From: a virus
DNA: 64,000 nt
Virus record (IMG/VR): IMGVR_UViG_3300046323_000673
Coordinates: 1 to 64,000 of that record
Direction: 5' to 3' (one strand)
This document shows positions 20,167-29,775 of this stretch, piece by piece (within the stretch, counting starts at the first letter, position 1; each line of letters starts with the position of its first letter). The notes beneath the pieces are model-generated. The model was not told where the DNA came from. It worked only from the letters and a program-made list of their open reading frames with translations, and ran no database searches. Both the position numbers and the translations under genes were made by a program.

Positions 20167-20395
20167 ACATCCCACTGACCAACGCGCCATGATCCCTTCA
20201 CGAAGAAGTGACGCGAACCGATAAACTCGGTCGCTTTTGGTGATTGGACCTCGGTGCTTCACCGAAACACACGGATGCACACGCATCCCATAAATTGGCG
20301 ATTCGCCCCCCAATAGATAGCAATCACCACCGCGTCACTTCTTCGCTCTTCCCACCCAACACATGACGAACAGGGTATAACCACCCCCATTCATC

Positions 20396-21724
20396 ATGTT
20401 TAACCCGTCAATTCGCGTTACTTCCATTGCCCAATTGGCGGCCCTACAAGGGGTCGACATCGCGCTTGCAGCGACCTCAGTAGGCCTTGACCCGATCCTG
20501 ATTGAAAGGGTCGACAATGGGCGTCAGGGCTTCCCTAAAAGCTATGCACGAAATCTAGCCGCTGCGTTGGGGGTTGATGAACCGACCCTACTCGCGGCGG
20601 CTAGAACCGTACTCGACGACAGTGCATACCCGCAGTCGATGGCGAGCGTGGCAATCGCACCCAAACCGCCCGAAGCGATCTTGGGCGAGACGTTCCCCAT
20701 GTGCCTCACGAACGTGACGCGTAATCAGTCGACGGTGATGGCACCCGCGTTGACGGTTTGGCTTGTTGGGCAGGACGTTGGGAACGTGGGGAGCAAGGGC
20801 GCGTTCGGGCGAATCAACAGGAACACGGGCGTACCTCTCGCGCCGATAGAGATGTCGAACAATGTGCAGATGCCGATGACGCTAACGAGGGGTATCGACA
20901 CGCTCTACACGTCGGGTGATGTGTCGGAGTTGGGGAACCCGAGAGTTGCGGCCGTATCGTTATTGAGCGGGACCATCACGCACGAGAGTTTGATCGGAAC
21001 AACGAACAACACGTGCACGGTCACATACGCGCCGGCAACGAATGAGCTTTGGGTATCGGTGCAGCTCGACGAACGTGTGTACGTGCTCGATGTAGTTACG
21101 GGCGGGGTTCTCTATTCACTCGCGCTCACGTACTTGGGCAATGACTACGAGCCGTGCGGGATGGTTGCCGCTAACGGGAAGATGTACGTCACGGGTGCAC
21201 GAAACCTCGGGGGTGGATCATGGGAGGGCCACCTGTTCGAGTTCAATCAAACCACGTACGCGATTGAGCGGGTATCAACGGGGGACAACATGGGCACGTG
21301 CGTTGACGTGGCATTCGACGGCGTTGATACGTTCTACGTCGTGTCGAGCATCGTGGCAGGCGGGGGGTTCTTCGTTGTGCCGACCTCGAGCTTTTCGAGC
21401 TCGGCACGATCGTTCAGTGGGTTGGAGTTGATCTACGATGCGAAGTGGGTGGTGTGCGCGTTTGGGTTCGTGTTCGTGTCGGAGCAAAACATCGGGTCGA
21501 TACCCAAGCTGATACGAGTCACGCCCGGTAGTGGTTTGCAGTTAGCGGCGACGTTCCTTTCGTTTGGGGGTAGTGGGTACTTGGGCAAGCCGGGGTTTGA
21601 CTCGCTATTGTTATGGGTACCGAATCCCAACGATGGGACTGTATCCATGGTCAAACCCGATACGATGACGGTGATGACGAGCGTGTTCGTGGACGGGCAA
21701 CCATGGGCGGCAATCGTCGTTTGA
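20396..21724 (+). CDS. XRE-like HTH fused to YncE-like beta-propeller
   Basis: N-terminus LAATSVGLDPILIERVDNG...NLAAALGVD; repeated blades (LWVS, MYVT, FYVV, VFVS, LWVPN..DGTVS, VDGQPWAAI). Confidence 0.6.
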   Translation: MFNPSIRVTSIAQLAALQGVDIALAATSVGLDPILIERVDNGRQGFPKSYARNLAAALGVDEPTLLAAARTVLDDSAYPQSMASVAIAPKPPEAILGETFPMCLTNVTRNQSTVMAPALTVWLVGQDVGNVGSKGAFGRINRNTGVPLAPIEMSNNVQMPMTLTRGIDTLYTSGDVSELGNPRVAAVSLLSGTITHESLIGTTNNTCTVTYAPATNELWVSVQLDERVYVLDVVTGGVLYSLALTYLGNDYEPCGMVAANGKMYVTGARNLGGGSWEGHLFEFNQTTYAIERVSTGDNMGTCVDVAFDGVDTFYVVSSIVAGGGFFVVPTSSFSSSARSFSGLELIYDAKWVVCAFGFVFVSEQNIGSIPKLIRVTPGSGLQLAATFLSFGGSGYLGKPGFDSLLLWVPNPNDGTVSMVKPDTMTVMTSVFVDGQPWAAIVV

Positions 21725-21740
21725 GGGCATGATGGTGGGC

Positions 21741-22058
21741 ATGAGACCTACCCTTGAAGAGATCGCGGAAGCACGCGCCCTAGCAACGCGAATGCTATTT
21801 CACCGTTCAGATGACCTTGTGTTGATGAAAGTGTTGCGCACGTTCATCGCGACAACAGCCCCATTAACGAAGGAACAAGCCATCCCGGTGATGGTTGGGC
21901 ACGCGAACAAGGCAGGCGATTGGAAAGGCACGGACGCCGATATTGAGAGCGCAACCAAAGCCTTGATGACCGATTCGTCGGTTGGTCGAAGCGGGTGGCA
22001 AGACGTCGTGTGGGCGCAATGGGCAACGCTTGTGCACTTCAACGGGGGTGTAGAGTGA
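21741..22058 (+). CDS. hypothetical protein
   Basis: CATGAT-N7-ATG upstream; ORF track start 21729. Confidence 0.65.
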   Translation: MRPTLEEIAEARALATRMLFHRSDDLVLMKVLRTFIATTAPLTKEQAIPVMVGHANKAGDWKGTDADIESATKALMTDSSVGRSGWQDVVWAQWATLVHFNGGVE

Positions 22059-22438
22059 GCACGTTTCATTGCAAGAAGTTGTGCGAAAGTAGTTGTTGCT
22101 CATCATTCCGTATTGCGCTTATTGCGGATGGCAAGCGCAGCCAATTCGCAACTGCATCTTGCGATTGTTTCGAGTGTTCAGCGTGTGACCTGATTACGGA
22201 CCCCAAGAAGCTTGCCAAGCTGATGATGAAGGCGTTGCGTGCACGGGGTTTGGATGTCGAATCGTGGTCGCCCGAATATCCACCCTATGACCCGTCGATC
22301 GCGATACGGCTGAAGGATGGGTCGTTTCGTAGAATCATGTCGATGAAGCAGGCACGTACCGACCTTCTCATGGTGATGGCAACACCCGCCGACGAAACAA
22401 GCTTTGACGTCGTGAAGCAGATCATCGGCGCGGGATGA
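22055..22438 (+). CDS. hypothetical Cys-containing protein
   Basis: GTGA overlap with upstream stop. Confidence 0.55.
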   Translation: MSTFHCKKLCESSCCSSFRIALIADGKRSQFATASCDCFECSACDLITDPKKLAKLMMKALRARGLDVESWSPEYPPYDPSIAIRLKDGSFRRIMSMKQARTDLLMVMATPADETSFDVVKQIIGAG

Positions 22439-22476
22439 TGTCGCGTGTGTTAGGGTACGCATCGGGTCAGTTGTAG

Positions 22477-22506
22477 AAATCCAATTGGATCGATCCAATT
22501 GGATTT
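22477..22506. repeat. 30-bp nested palindrome, copy 6
   Basis: Exact; followed by CGTCGAGTAACATAGAGGG then ATG 22531. Confidence 0.97.
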
Positions 22507-22530
22507 CGTCGAGTAACATAGAGGGTCGTC

Positions 22531-23091
22531 ATGTTAGCAAGCGTCGAACGAGTGATCATTTGGGATGGTACGGGACAAGAACGGGTTGGAACTTTGGTGT
22601 ATCCGAGTCCCGCGTTGTCGAGTGAGGAGGACAACGGGCGCATCATCACGCTTCCAACCGACGAACGATTGTTTGGCAAGAGCGCGCTTGGTGGGCTCTT
22701 CATTCGTCATTGGGGCGGCGGGGTGAAGTTCACGTCGATGCAGCCGCAACGACATTGCCCGATGGTCCTGCATGTTTCGTCGGACTTGTCGTTTCTGCAT
22801 TGGGTGCTGCGCATTGAAAAGGCCGATTCGAAAGCGGATGTACGCGGCACACTCGCGATCGTCGGAACGAACGATCCGGTGATTCAATCGGTCGGGGTAT
22901 TGTCCGCGATAGGGCGCACCGTTGACCTGTCGTCGCTCGGGGAAGCCGACAAGCAAGGTGGGTGGTTCATCAAGGGCAAATCGGTCCTACGCACAATGCA
23001 GGACGGGCTTTGCCCATTGATGGTGCAAGCGGTGAGTGACAACTTGCGCGTGAGGTGGACGGCGCTCACCCAAAGTCGAAGCGAGGAATGA
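22531..23091 (+). CDS. hypothetical protein
   Basis: 186-aa ORF with SD GAGGG. Confidence 0.7.
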   Translation: MLASVERVIIWDGTGQERVGTLVYPSPALSSEEDNGRIITLPTDERLFGKSALGGLFIRHWGGGVKFTSMQPQRHCPMVLHVSSDLSFLHWVLRIEKADSKADVRGTLAIVGTNDPVIQSVGVLSAIGRTVDLSSLGEADKQGGWFIKGKSVLRTMQDGLCPLMVQAVSDNLRVRWTALTQSRSEE

Positions 23092-23345
23092 ACGTGTTGA
23101 AGAAGCTTGGGGCGTTCATCTGGTTCGTGTACGATGTTGGGCGCCTCCTGTTCACTCGCGAATACAACGAACCTGATACGCCCCCGAACGACGACGATGA
23201 AGGCGAGCACGTACCAACAACACCCGTCGTGCACGTGTCGCCTGATGCATCGCGGATGATCTCCCGTCCCAAGCCGGTCATCGCACCGGCAATCGACGAA
23301 CCACTTGAAGGCAGCATCGAAGCTCGCCGACGCATGATCAACTGA
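23088..23345 (+). CDS. hypothetical protein
   Basis: ATGA overlap, SD GAGG. Confidence 0.55.
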   Translation: MNVLKKLGAFIWFVYDVGRLLFTREYNEPDTPPNDDDEGEHVPTTPVVHVSPDASRMISRPKPVIAPAIDEPLEGSIEARRRMIN

Positions 23346-23665
23346 TGTTCACAGTGATCAATGGCCATTCTGTCGATATTGTGGAGAGCGAGTTTCGTAG
23401 ACGATTTCACGTGGAAGTCGCGCACGTCATCGATGAGATTCACGCAATGAATCTCATCGAGTCGGTTGGTGGACACGTTCCATTTCGCCGAAGACAATCC
23501 GTCGAAATGACGCTTAAACACTTGTTGTCGATCGGCTCGTACCCAGACGACAAGCTGCAAGCATCCCTGAAACATCCGACAACCGTTACATCGCAACCCA
23601 CCATGAGGTTTATGGTTGGCGTCGTATCGCGTCTTTTTGGCGACGTTGGAGATGATTCACGGTAG
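23345..23665 (+). CDS. hypothetical protein
   Basis: TGATG overlap. Confidence 0.55.
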   Translation: MFTVINGHSVDIVESEFRRRFHVEVAHVIDEIHAMNLIESVGGHVPFRRRQSVEMTLKHLLSIGSYPDDKLQASLKHPTTVTSQPTMRFMVGVVSRLFGDVGDDSR

Positions 23666-23673
23666 AAGGAACC

Positions 23674-25776
23674 ATGGGTTTCTTCCGCAACGATGGGCAA
23701 ACGTTCCCCGGCCCCGCATTCCCCATTCAATCCACCGTGCGCGGCACGAACGGCACGATATACGCCGTGAGTTCGTTTGGCGTGGATGACACGACGTTTG
23801 GCCCGTCGTTCCGCCCGCAAAGTCTTGTCGAGAACGACCGACATAGGACGCTCGACTTCCGCCGGAAGTTCTACAATTGCACACAGCACGACCACAAGAT
23901 CTACGATATGTCGGGGCGGATGAACCGGGGTGGGCAGATGGCCCTTATGCAACCCCTGCTTTCCTCGCAACCCCCGCCGTTTTACGTGCCCCTTGATCAA
24001 CGTCGGCCGAACAACCCGTATCGACTCGCGCGATTGATCGTGCAGGCGTTCACGAACTTCGTATTCGGTGAACATCGATTCCCGAAGATCAAATGCACGG
24101 GCGATACCGACGCGGAAGACTTCGCAGACGCGCTTGTGCAGGCGAGCGACCTACCCACTGTGATGATTCGCGCACGCAACATGGGCGGGTCATGCGGAAG
24201 CGTTGGCCTATCGTGGCGGTTCTATCAGGGCAAACCATGCGTGCGTGTGCATTCCGCGGCGAACGTGTACGTGCACGAATGGGTTGATCGTGATGAAGGC
24301 GTCGTCGCGCACGTGAGCGAGATCTATCTCGTGTATCGGGATGTTTGGAACGACAAGGCAAAGAAGCAGGAACGAGCCCCGCATTGGTACCGTCGCGATT
24401 GGACACCCACCGCCGATATCGTGTTTGTCGAACAGCCATTGAACAAGGACGGGGGTGCTAACGAGTGGGTTGTCGATGAAGATCAAACGGTCGTGCACGA
24501 TGACGGGTTTGCCCATTTCGTCTGGATTCCAAATCAACCGAGTGACGACGACGAAAGCGAATACGACGGCGAACCCGATTACGAGGGGTTATTCGAGCAA
24601 GCCAACACGATCGATATGCTCAACAGCGTGCTCGCGACGGGCACAGTGCGAAACCTTGATCCCACGCTCGTATTGAAGCTATCGACCGAACAGCAAGAGA
24701 TGCAGAAGCGCGGCGTGTCTAAAGGAAGCGACAATGCGTTGAACGTCGGCGAATCGGGTGATGCGAAGTATTTGGAACTCGGGGGCACGGCTGCATCGAC
24801 GGGCATTGCGCTCTTGAAGCAGCAACGGCAATTCGCGCTCGAGGTCGCACAGTGCGTGATTCCCGACCCGAACGAGATTGCAGCAGCAGCAACGTCGGGG
24901 CGTGCGATCGAATTGCTCTATGCACCCATGGGCGCGAAATCATCCATATTCCAAGCGCAATATGGCAAGGGCATCACGTCGCTTGTTACGCAGATGATCA
25001 CGAGTGCTCGAAAGCGAATGCCGACAACGAACGAGGATGGATCACTTGAATACCCGCTCGAACTCGATGGCGAGACGGGGTTGATGGTCCCCGTCGAATA
25101 CTTCCTCGACTTGCCCCCACGCGAGATCACCGAAGCGGTTGTCGACCCGATATCGGGATTGCCCACGGGTGAGAACAAGATCGTCGGGTATGAGCAGCGC
25201 AAGCCGGGCAAGGGGCGAGTGTTCGTGTGCGAATGGCCGAAACGATTCGGAACGACAGACACTGACGATCAATCAGCCGCAACGACAACCGCGACAAGCA
25301 CGGGCGGGAAAGCATTCGTGTCGCAACGAAGCGCGGTGGAATCGTTTGCAAAGCGTATGGGCCGTGATCCACACGAAGAATGGAAGCGCGTACTTGAGGA
25401 AAAGAAGCAGGCAGACGAACGTGAACAAGGGATGTTCCCCGGCACGGGCGGGGCAGTGGCGTCGTCGTTGGGTGCTGATACGGGTCAAGCGTCAGTTGAC
25501 GACGTGGAAGAGCAGGACGGGGCGATTGCGGGCGAGCAAGGGGGGGGCAATGACGTCGCGCCTGTGCCCACTGAGATCGAACCGTCGCTTGTGCTTAACG
25601 GTGCACAGATACAAGCGGCACTCGAAATCGTGCAGCAGGTCGTCACGCAACAAATCCCACGTGATACAGCGATCGGCCTGCTCAAGATCGGGTTCAATAT
25701 GACCAACGCACAATCAATCGAGATCCTTGGTTCGGCTGGTCGTGGGTTTGTTCCTGCATCGCAAGACGGCAACTGA
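23674..25776 (+). CDS. portal protein (SPP1 gp6-like)
   Basis: NPYRLARLIVQAFTNFVFG, HDDGFAHFVWIPN, GDAKYLE, ATSGRAIELLYAPM; upstream of minor head protein gene. Confidence 0.85.
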   Translation: MGFFRNDGQTFPGPAFPIQSTVRGTNGTIYAVSSFGVDDTTFGPSFRPQSLVENDRHRTLDFRRKFYNCTQHDHKIYDMSGRMNRGGQMALMQPLLSSQPPPFYVPLDQRRPNNPYRLARLIVQAFTNFVFGEHRFPKIKCTGDTDAEDFADALVQASDLPTVMIRARNMGGSCGSVGLSWRFYQGKPCVRVHSAANVYVHEWVDRDEGVVAHVSEIYLVYRDVWNDKAKKQERAPHWYRRDWTPTADIVFVEQPLNKDGGANEWVVDEDQTVVHDDGFAHFVWIPNQPSDDDESEYDGEPDYEGLFEQANTIDMLNSVLATGTVRNLDPTLVLKLSTEQQEMQKRGVSKGSDNALNVGESGDAKYLELGGTAASTGIALLKQQRQFALEVAQCVIPDPNEIAAAATSGRAIELLYAPMGAKSSIFQAQYGKGITSLVTQMITSARKRMPTTNEDGSLEYPLELDGETGLMVPVEYFLDLPPREITEAVVDPISGLPTGENKIVGYEQRKPGKGRVFVCEWPKRFGTTDTDDQSAATTTATSTGGKAFVSQRSAVESFAKRMGRDPHEEWKRVLEEKKQADEREQGMFPGTGGAVASSLGADTGQASVDDVEEQDGAIAGEQGGGNDVAPVPTEIEPSLVLNGAQIQAALEIVQQVVTQQIPRDTAIGLLKIGFNMTNAQSIEILGSAGRGFVPASQDGN

Positions 25777-26774
25777 TGAAGCGCGCATCGCCCCTCGAAA
25801 TCCTTCAACGTTCCCGACAACGCGCGCTCGACTTCGCGGGCAAAGCGGGCACGGCGCGGATGCGTCACGTGTTGGAAAAGGCCCAACGCGATATGGAACG
25901 GCGGTTGAAGGAAACCGAGGGGCTGGGCGGGGCAGGCAGTGGAAGCTTCACCGCTGCCCAATTGCGCACAACGTTGGCCCAAGTGCGTGACGTATTGCGT
26001 GCGACGGCATTGCCAGGGATGCAAAGCGATATCGTGGACGTTGGGAAGATGGCGGCGGAAAGCGCGGCGCAATCAACGATCGAATACATACGCGCGAGCG
26101 ACAAGGCGTTCACGGGGCTTGGTCGTTCCCTCGCAATCGATAACGCGGCGCTTTACGATGTTGCCGTGCGAGGGTCGGAAGCGAGCATCTTGCGTCGCAT
26201 TGGCTCGAACCCGAAAGACCCTCGTTCGTTGGGCGTGTTGCAGCGGTATGGGATCAACACGGTTGGCGCGTTCGAGGGCGTGTTGCAACAACGATTGATT
26301 GCACAGAAGCCATGGGCAGACGTGCGCAAGGAACTGATTGAAGAGTCGCCGTTTCTGCAAGGCCAACCGATGCATTGGGCGGAACGCATTGTTCGAACCG
26401 AGGTCATGGGCGCCAACAACTTCGCGTCGAATTCGGCGATCACTGAATTGAATGAGCAGCTCGACGACATGCTGAAGATCAATTCAGCGACGTTCGACAA
26501 CCGTACAAGTGCCGATAGCTACGCGGTGCACGGGCAGATACGTCGCACGAACGAGGCATTTGATTCGTGGTGGGGGAGCTTTATGCATCCACCGGATAGG
26601 CCGAACGATCGCAGTGTGGTCGTGCCGCACCGGATGTCGTGGCCATTGCCCGCTGGATTGAAGCCCAAGAGTGATGGGGAGATCGCCGCACGTTGGGCAA
26701 TGGAAGGGCGGAAGGGTTCACCACCGGCACGGCCGCGAATCAGCACGGTGCCGATGGATCAATTGCGGAAGTGA
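25776..26774 (+). CDS. minor head morphogenesis protein (Mu F / SPP1 gp7-like)
   Basis: AERIVRTE, DNRTS...HGQIR, PPDRPNDRS motifs; follows portal. Confidence 0.85.
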   Translation: MKRASPLEILQRSRQRALDFAGKAGTARMRHVLEKAQRDMERRLKETEGLGGAGSGSFTAAQLRTTLAQVRDVLRATALPGMQSDIVDVGKMAAESAAQSTIEYIRASDKAFTGLGRSLAIDNAALYDVAVRGSEASILRRIGSNPKDPRSLGVLQRYGINTVGAFEGVLQQRLIAQKPWADVRKELIEESPFLQGQPMHWAERIVRTEVMGANNFASNSAITELNEQLDDMLKINSATFDNRTSADSYAVHGQIRRTNEAFDSWWGSFMHPPDRPNDRSVVVPHRMSWPLPAGLKPKSDGEIAARWAMEGRKGSPPARPRISTVPMDQLRK

Positions 26775-26845
26775 ACCGTCAAGTAACCCGTGCAATATAT
26801 TCCAGCACTCGACGAACATCCCTTCCTCGCGATACCCTCACGTGT

Positions 26846-27100
26846 ATGTCGATGTTCAAGCTCCGAACCGCACCGGGCGATCCCGGTATCAGGCGGGGTG
26901 ATGCAGGCCGGTTCGTTCCGGCTGCACCTCCCCAAGTCACGCGTGAAGCTGTGAACGAGGGTATCGACACGATGCAGCTCGTTCACGAACGCTACCAAGC
27001 CCCCGAGCATCCCACGCCGGGGAAGAAGCGGGGCGTGTCGGAAAACCCCTGGCCTCCCGCAACGCCCCCCGCGCAGTCCCCTTTCCGCGTTCGTTCGTGA
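26846..27100 (+). CDS. small Pro-rich hypothetical protein
   Basis: TACCCT-N7-ATG upstream; ends PFRVRS. Confidence 0.45.
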   Translation: MSMFKLRTAPGDPGIRRGDAGRFVPAAPPQVTREAVNEGIDTMQLVHERYQAPEHPTPGKKRGVSENPWPPATPPAQSPFRVRS

Positions 27101-27118
27101 TACGTTCAACAAGTAACC

Positions 27119-27148
27119 AAATCCAATTGGATCGATCCAATTGGATTT
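27119..27148. repeat. 30-bp nested palindrome, copy 7
   Basis: Exact; followed by CATCGAGTAACGAAGGGATTTG. Confidence 0.97.
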
Positions 27149-27173
27149 CATCGAGTAACGAAGGGATTTGGTC

Positions 27174-27449
27174 ATGGCACAAGGCGACGGCAAGACACCG
27201 GGCACTGGTTCAAGTAGCCCGTTTGGCGACGGGCAGGGCGGCATCAGCGGCGGACGGGCAGCCCCGTTTGACCAGTTCGCGCAATCGAACCCGCAACGCC
27301 CTGTATCCCCTACGAGTTTTCCCAAGGGGCAAGTTCCCGCGGGTGGCGAGATCTTGAAAGCGGACCCCGTTGCGGGTTCGATTCGTGCCGCGCAGATCGG
27401 CACGACTGCAACGAACAACCGTCCCCCCTTCCGCACACGAGGCGCGTAA
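27174..27449 (+). CDS. small Gly/Pro-rich hypothetical protein
   Basis: About 91 aa directly after palindrome; ends PPFRTRGA. Confidence 0.55.
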   Translation: MAQGDGKTPGTGSSSPFGDGQGGISGGRAAPFDQFAQSNPQRPVSPTSFPKGQVPAGGEILKADPVAGSIRAAQIGTTATNNRPPFRTRGA

Positions 27450-27452
27450 TCA

Positions 27453-27863
27453 ATGGGCGGCATCGTCGAACTCTCAGGCGGGTTATCCGCGGGTGCACCG
27501 GCGGGTTGCGGGTGTGGCGATGCCTCACTCGTATTCCCGTTTGAGTTTCCCGGCGGATGCAGCGGCAAACCATTCACGGTAAGCACGCAAGGCGGCCGGA
27601 CGATCATCAGCCCGGTGACATACGTTTCGCTTCCGAATATTGGAACGGGCGGCGACGTCACAAAAGCGGATCTCTTTGCCTTTCGAGGTGAAGGGACGGT
27701 CGAGCTCGAACTCACGTTCGACGACGGCATTGGAGGCACGACGGTTGTTGTGGTTCCAATGCAGGGACTTTACTTCCAAACGTTTGGCGCTCCGAAGTAC
27801 CTGGTAGGGGTACGGGTGCGCGGTAACAGCACGATCACGTATTTCGCATCAGGACCTCAATAG
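27453..27863 (+). CDS. hypothetical virion protein
   Basis: 136 aa, beta-rich, in head module. Confidence 0.6.
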   Translation: MGGIVELSGGLSAGAPAGCGCGDASLVFPFEFPGGCSGKPFTVSTQGGRTIISPVTYVSLPNIGTGGDVTKADLFAFRGEGTVELELTFDDGIGGTTVVVVPMQGLYFQTFGAPKYLVGVRVRGNSTITYFASGPQ

Positions 27864-27883
27864 GTCGGAGGACACGGACGAAC

Positions 27884-28564
27884 ATGGCGAACATCAAAGA
27901 GAAAGCAGCGCTTGCGGGCGCGACGAACAACACGTTACCCGAGCACTTGAAAACGATCGGGTTTGCCGCGGTGATGCGTGGGCAAATCAATCAAGTGGTT
28001 CGGAAGAAGGATCCCGCGGCGAGTGTGTATTCGCCGGTCGCAACGGTGGAAGCGGTTGTGCTCGCCGACGATGCGAAAGCTACGAGCATCCTGCGTGCAT
28101 ACGCGCGTGTCGGAACCGTGACGGGTGCGCTTACCGTGGTTGCACCGGGAACCACGCCGGCGACAACCGAGATTTCGATTCAGCCGAACGGTGACATCAT
28201 GGTTCTCGCGGCTGATGCTATTACGAGTCTCGACGTCACGTTCGTCCCGGAACGAGGCGACGTTGACGAACTCCCGAATTGGCCCGTCGCATCCGATGCG
28301 ATTGCATTGCCCGCGCGCATCACCACGCCGGGTGCGATCCTCTTGCTTGAAGCTGAATCACTTGAAGGAACGCTCACGGGCAAACTGCGTGTGCTCGCCC
28401 CGAGTGCATCCGCAGCGGCGACAGGCCAAGCACGCTTGAACCTCGCGAAAACGAGCGTGAAGTTTGCCCCCGCGGATGCAGTGACGAAAGCGCGCGTGAA
28501 GCTGCTTGTGTGCGCGGCGGTCGATCTTGACACGGTTCTCGAATCCGACGCGACTATTCAGTAA
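27884..28564 (+). CDS. putative head decoration/structural protein
   Basis: 226 aa, Ala/Thr/Val-rich with internal two-fold similarity; SD GGAGG. Confidence 0.55.
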   Translation: MANIKEKAALAGATNNTLPEHLKTIGFAAVMRGQINQVVRKKDPAASVYSPVATVEAVVLADDAKATSILRAYARVGTVTGALTVVAPGTTPATTEISIQPNGDIMVLAADAITSLDVTFVPERGDVDELPNWPVASDAIALPARITTPGAILLLEAESLEGTLTGKLRVLAPSASAAATGQARLNLAKTSVKFAPADAVTKARVKLLVCAAVDLDTVLESDATIQ

Positions 28565-28586
28565 TAACAAACGGAGGAAGGTCGTC

Positions 28587-29555
28587 ATGGCAGAACAATC
28601 GCAAGAGCAGGGTAACGAAACGGGTGCTGCGGGTGGGAACGCTGCACCGGACAAACAAGGCGGGGGCGCGTTTGGTACCGCCACACGTGCGCCCGTCTTC
28701 CCGTCGCAAGCCGCAGCGGCAACGCAAGGCAACAACGCTGCACAGGGGCAGGACGGGGCAGCAGCGGGCGGTGTAGCGCCAACAGTTCGCAAGCCCGTAG
28801 GCACTGCGCAGATCCCCGACGAAGCGTTGAATGCTCGACTCGAACGCAATCGCCGACAAACCGAAGACAAGTATCTGAAGATGCTTGGTGTAAAGAGCGA
28901 AGCAGAAGCGAAAGCCAAACTCGATTCGCTCAAGAGTGCCGAGCAAGAGGGCGAGAAACGTCGGCTTGCGGAACTCTCCGAAGTCGAGCGGTACAAGGCA
29001 GAACTCGCCACCGCGCAACAACGAATCGCGCAGCTCGAATCGCAACTCGCGGAACGTGATCAAGAGCGTGAACACGAGCAACACGAGCAAGTGATCGTGC
29101 GTGTTGCGGGCGAGAGCATCAAGCCGAACGCGTTGCGCCTCTACAAACTCGATCTCGCGCAACACGTGAAGAAGCTCGCGGTGACAAACCCGCAACTTGC
29201 CGAGTCTTTCAACGAACGCGGTATCCGACGATTCACCGACAAGTGGTTGAAGGAAAACCCTGAGTTTGCGAAAGCGCCCGTCGATGCAGCACCGGCGGGT
29301 ACTGGTAATGCATCGGCGAAACCCCCCGCGACGGGTGCACGTCCCGCGCCTGCACAACCGGGCCTTGTGCGCCGTCCCGTGTCGACAGGCGCGCCTGTTC
29401 GTAAAGTCGGGGCACCCCCCGTTAATGGGCAAGCAGGCGGCGCGAATGGCCTGTTCAACGGCAAGACGCCCAAGCCGGGCCGTGCCAATTCGATGAATAA
29501 CCAAGAATTCAAAGAGTACGTAAAGCAAACGACCGGCGCCAATTATAGCGGCTAG
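28587..29555 (+). CDS. capsid scaffolding protein
   Basis: Low-complexity ends, central coiled coil (AELSEVERYKAEL), WLKENPEFAK; directly before MCP; SD GGAGG. Confidence 0.75.
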   Translation: MAEQSQEQGNETGAAGGNAAPDKQGGGAFGTATRAPVFPSQAAAATQGNNAAQGQDGAAAGGVAPTVRKPVGTAQIPDEALNARLERNRRQTEDKYLKMLGVKSEAEAKAKLDSLKSAEQEGEKRRLAELSEVERYKAELATAQQRIAQLESQLAERDQEREHEQHEQVIVRVAGESIKPNALRLYKLDLAQHVKKLAVTNPQLAESFNERGIRRFTDKWLKENPEFAKAPVDAAPAGTGNASAKPPATGARPAPAQPGLVRRPVSTGAPVRKVGAPPVNGQAGGANGLFNGKTPKPGRANSMNNQEFKEYVKQTTGANYSG

Positions 29556-29570
29556 GTCACCCTCCCAACG

Positions 29571-29600
29571 AAATCCAATTGGATCGATCCAATTGGATTT
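29571..29600. repeat. 30-bp nested palindrome, copy 8
   Basis: Exact; between scaffold and MCP. Confidence 0.97.
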
Positions 29601-29624
29601 CGTGATCCATCCCATCACAATCCA

Positions 29625-29654
29625 TTGACGAACGGTGATCCTCGCGCGTAGGGT
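29625..29654 (+). promoter_or_regulatory. candidate promoter for major capsid gene
   Basis: TTGACG-18-TAGGGT in 220-bp intergenic region. Confidence 0.45.
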
Positions 29655-29775
29655 TGTATTCACACGCCCCCCCGTACACACGCGAGCGGCCAATCACGCG
29701 GCACACCGGCGGTCAATCAGGTGGTCTCCAGGCGACGCTAAGCACGACCCATAGCGGGGCAAGGAGACTGTTCAC

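Noticed and set aside
26759-29693. Long minus-strand ORFs 26759-27739 and 28554-29693
   Set aside because: Antisense shadows of GC-rich head genes; they run through palindromes and lack recognisable motifs.
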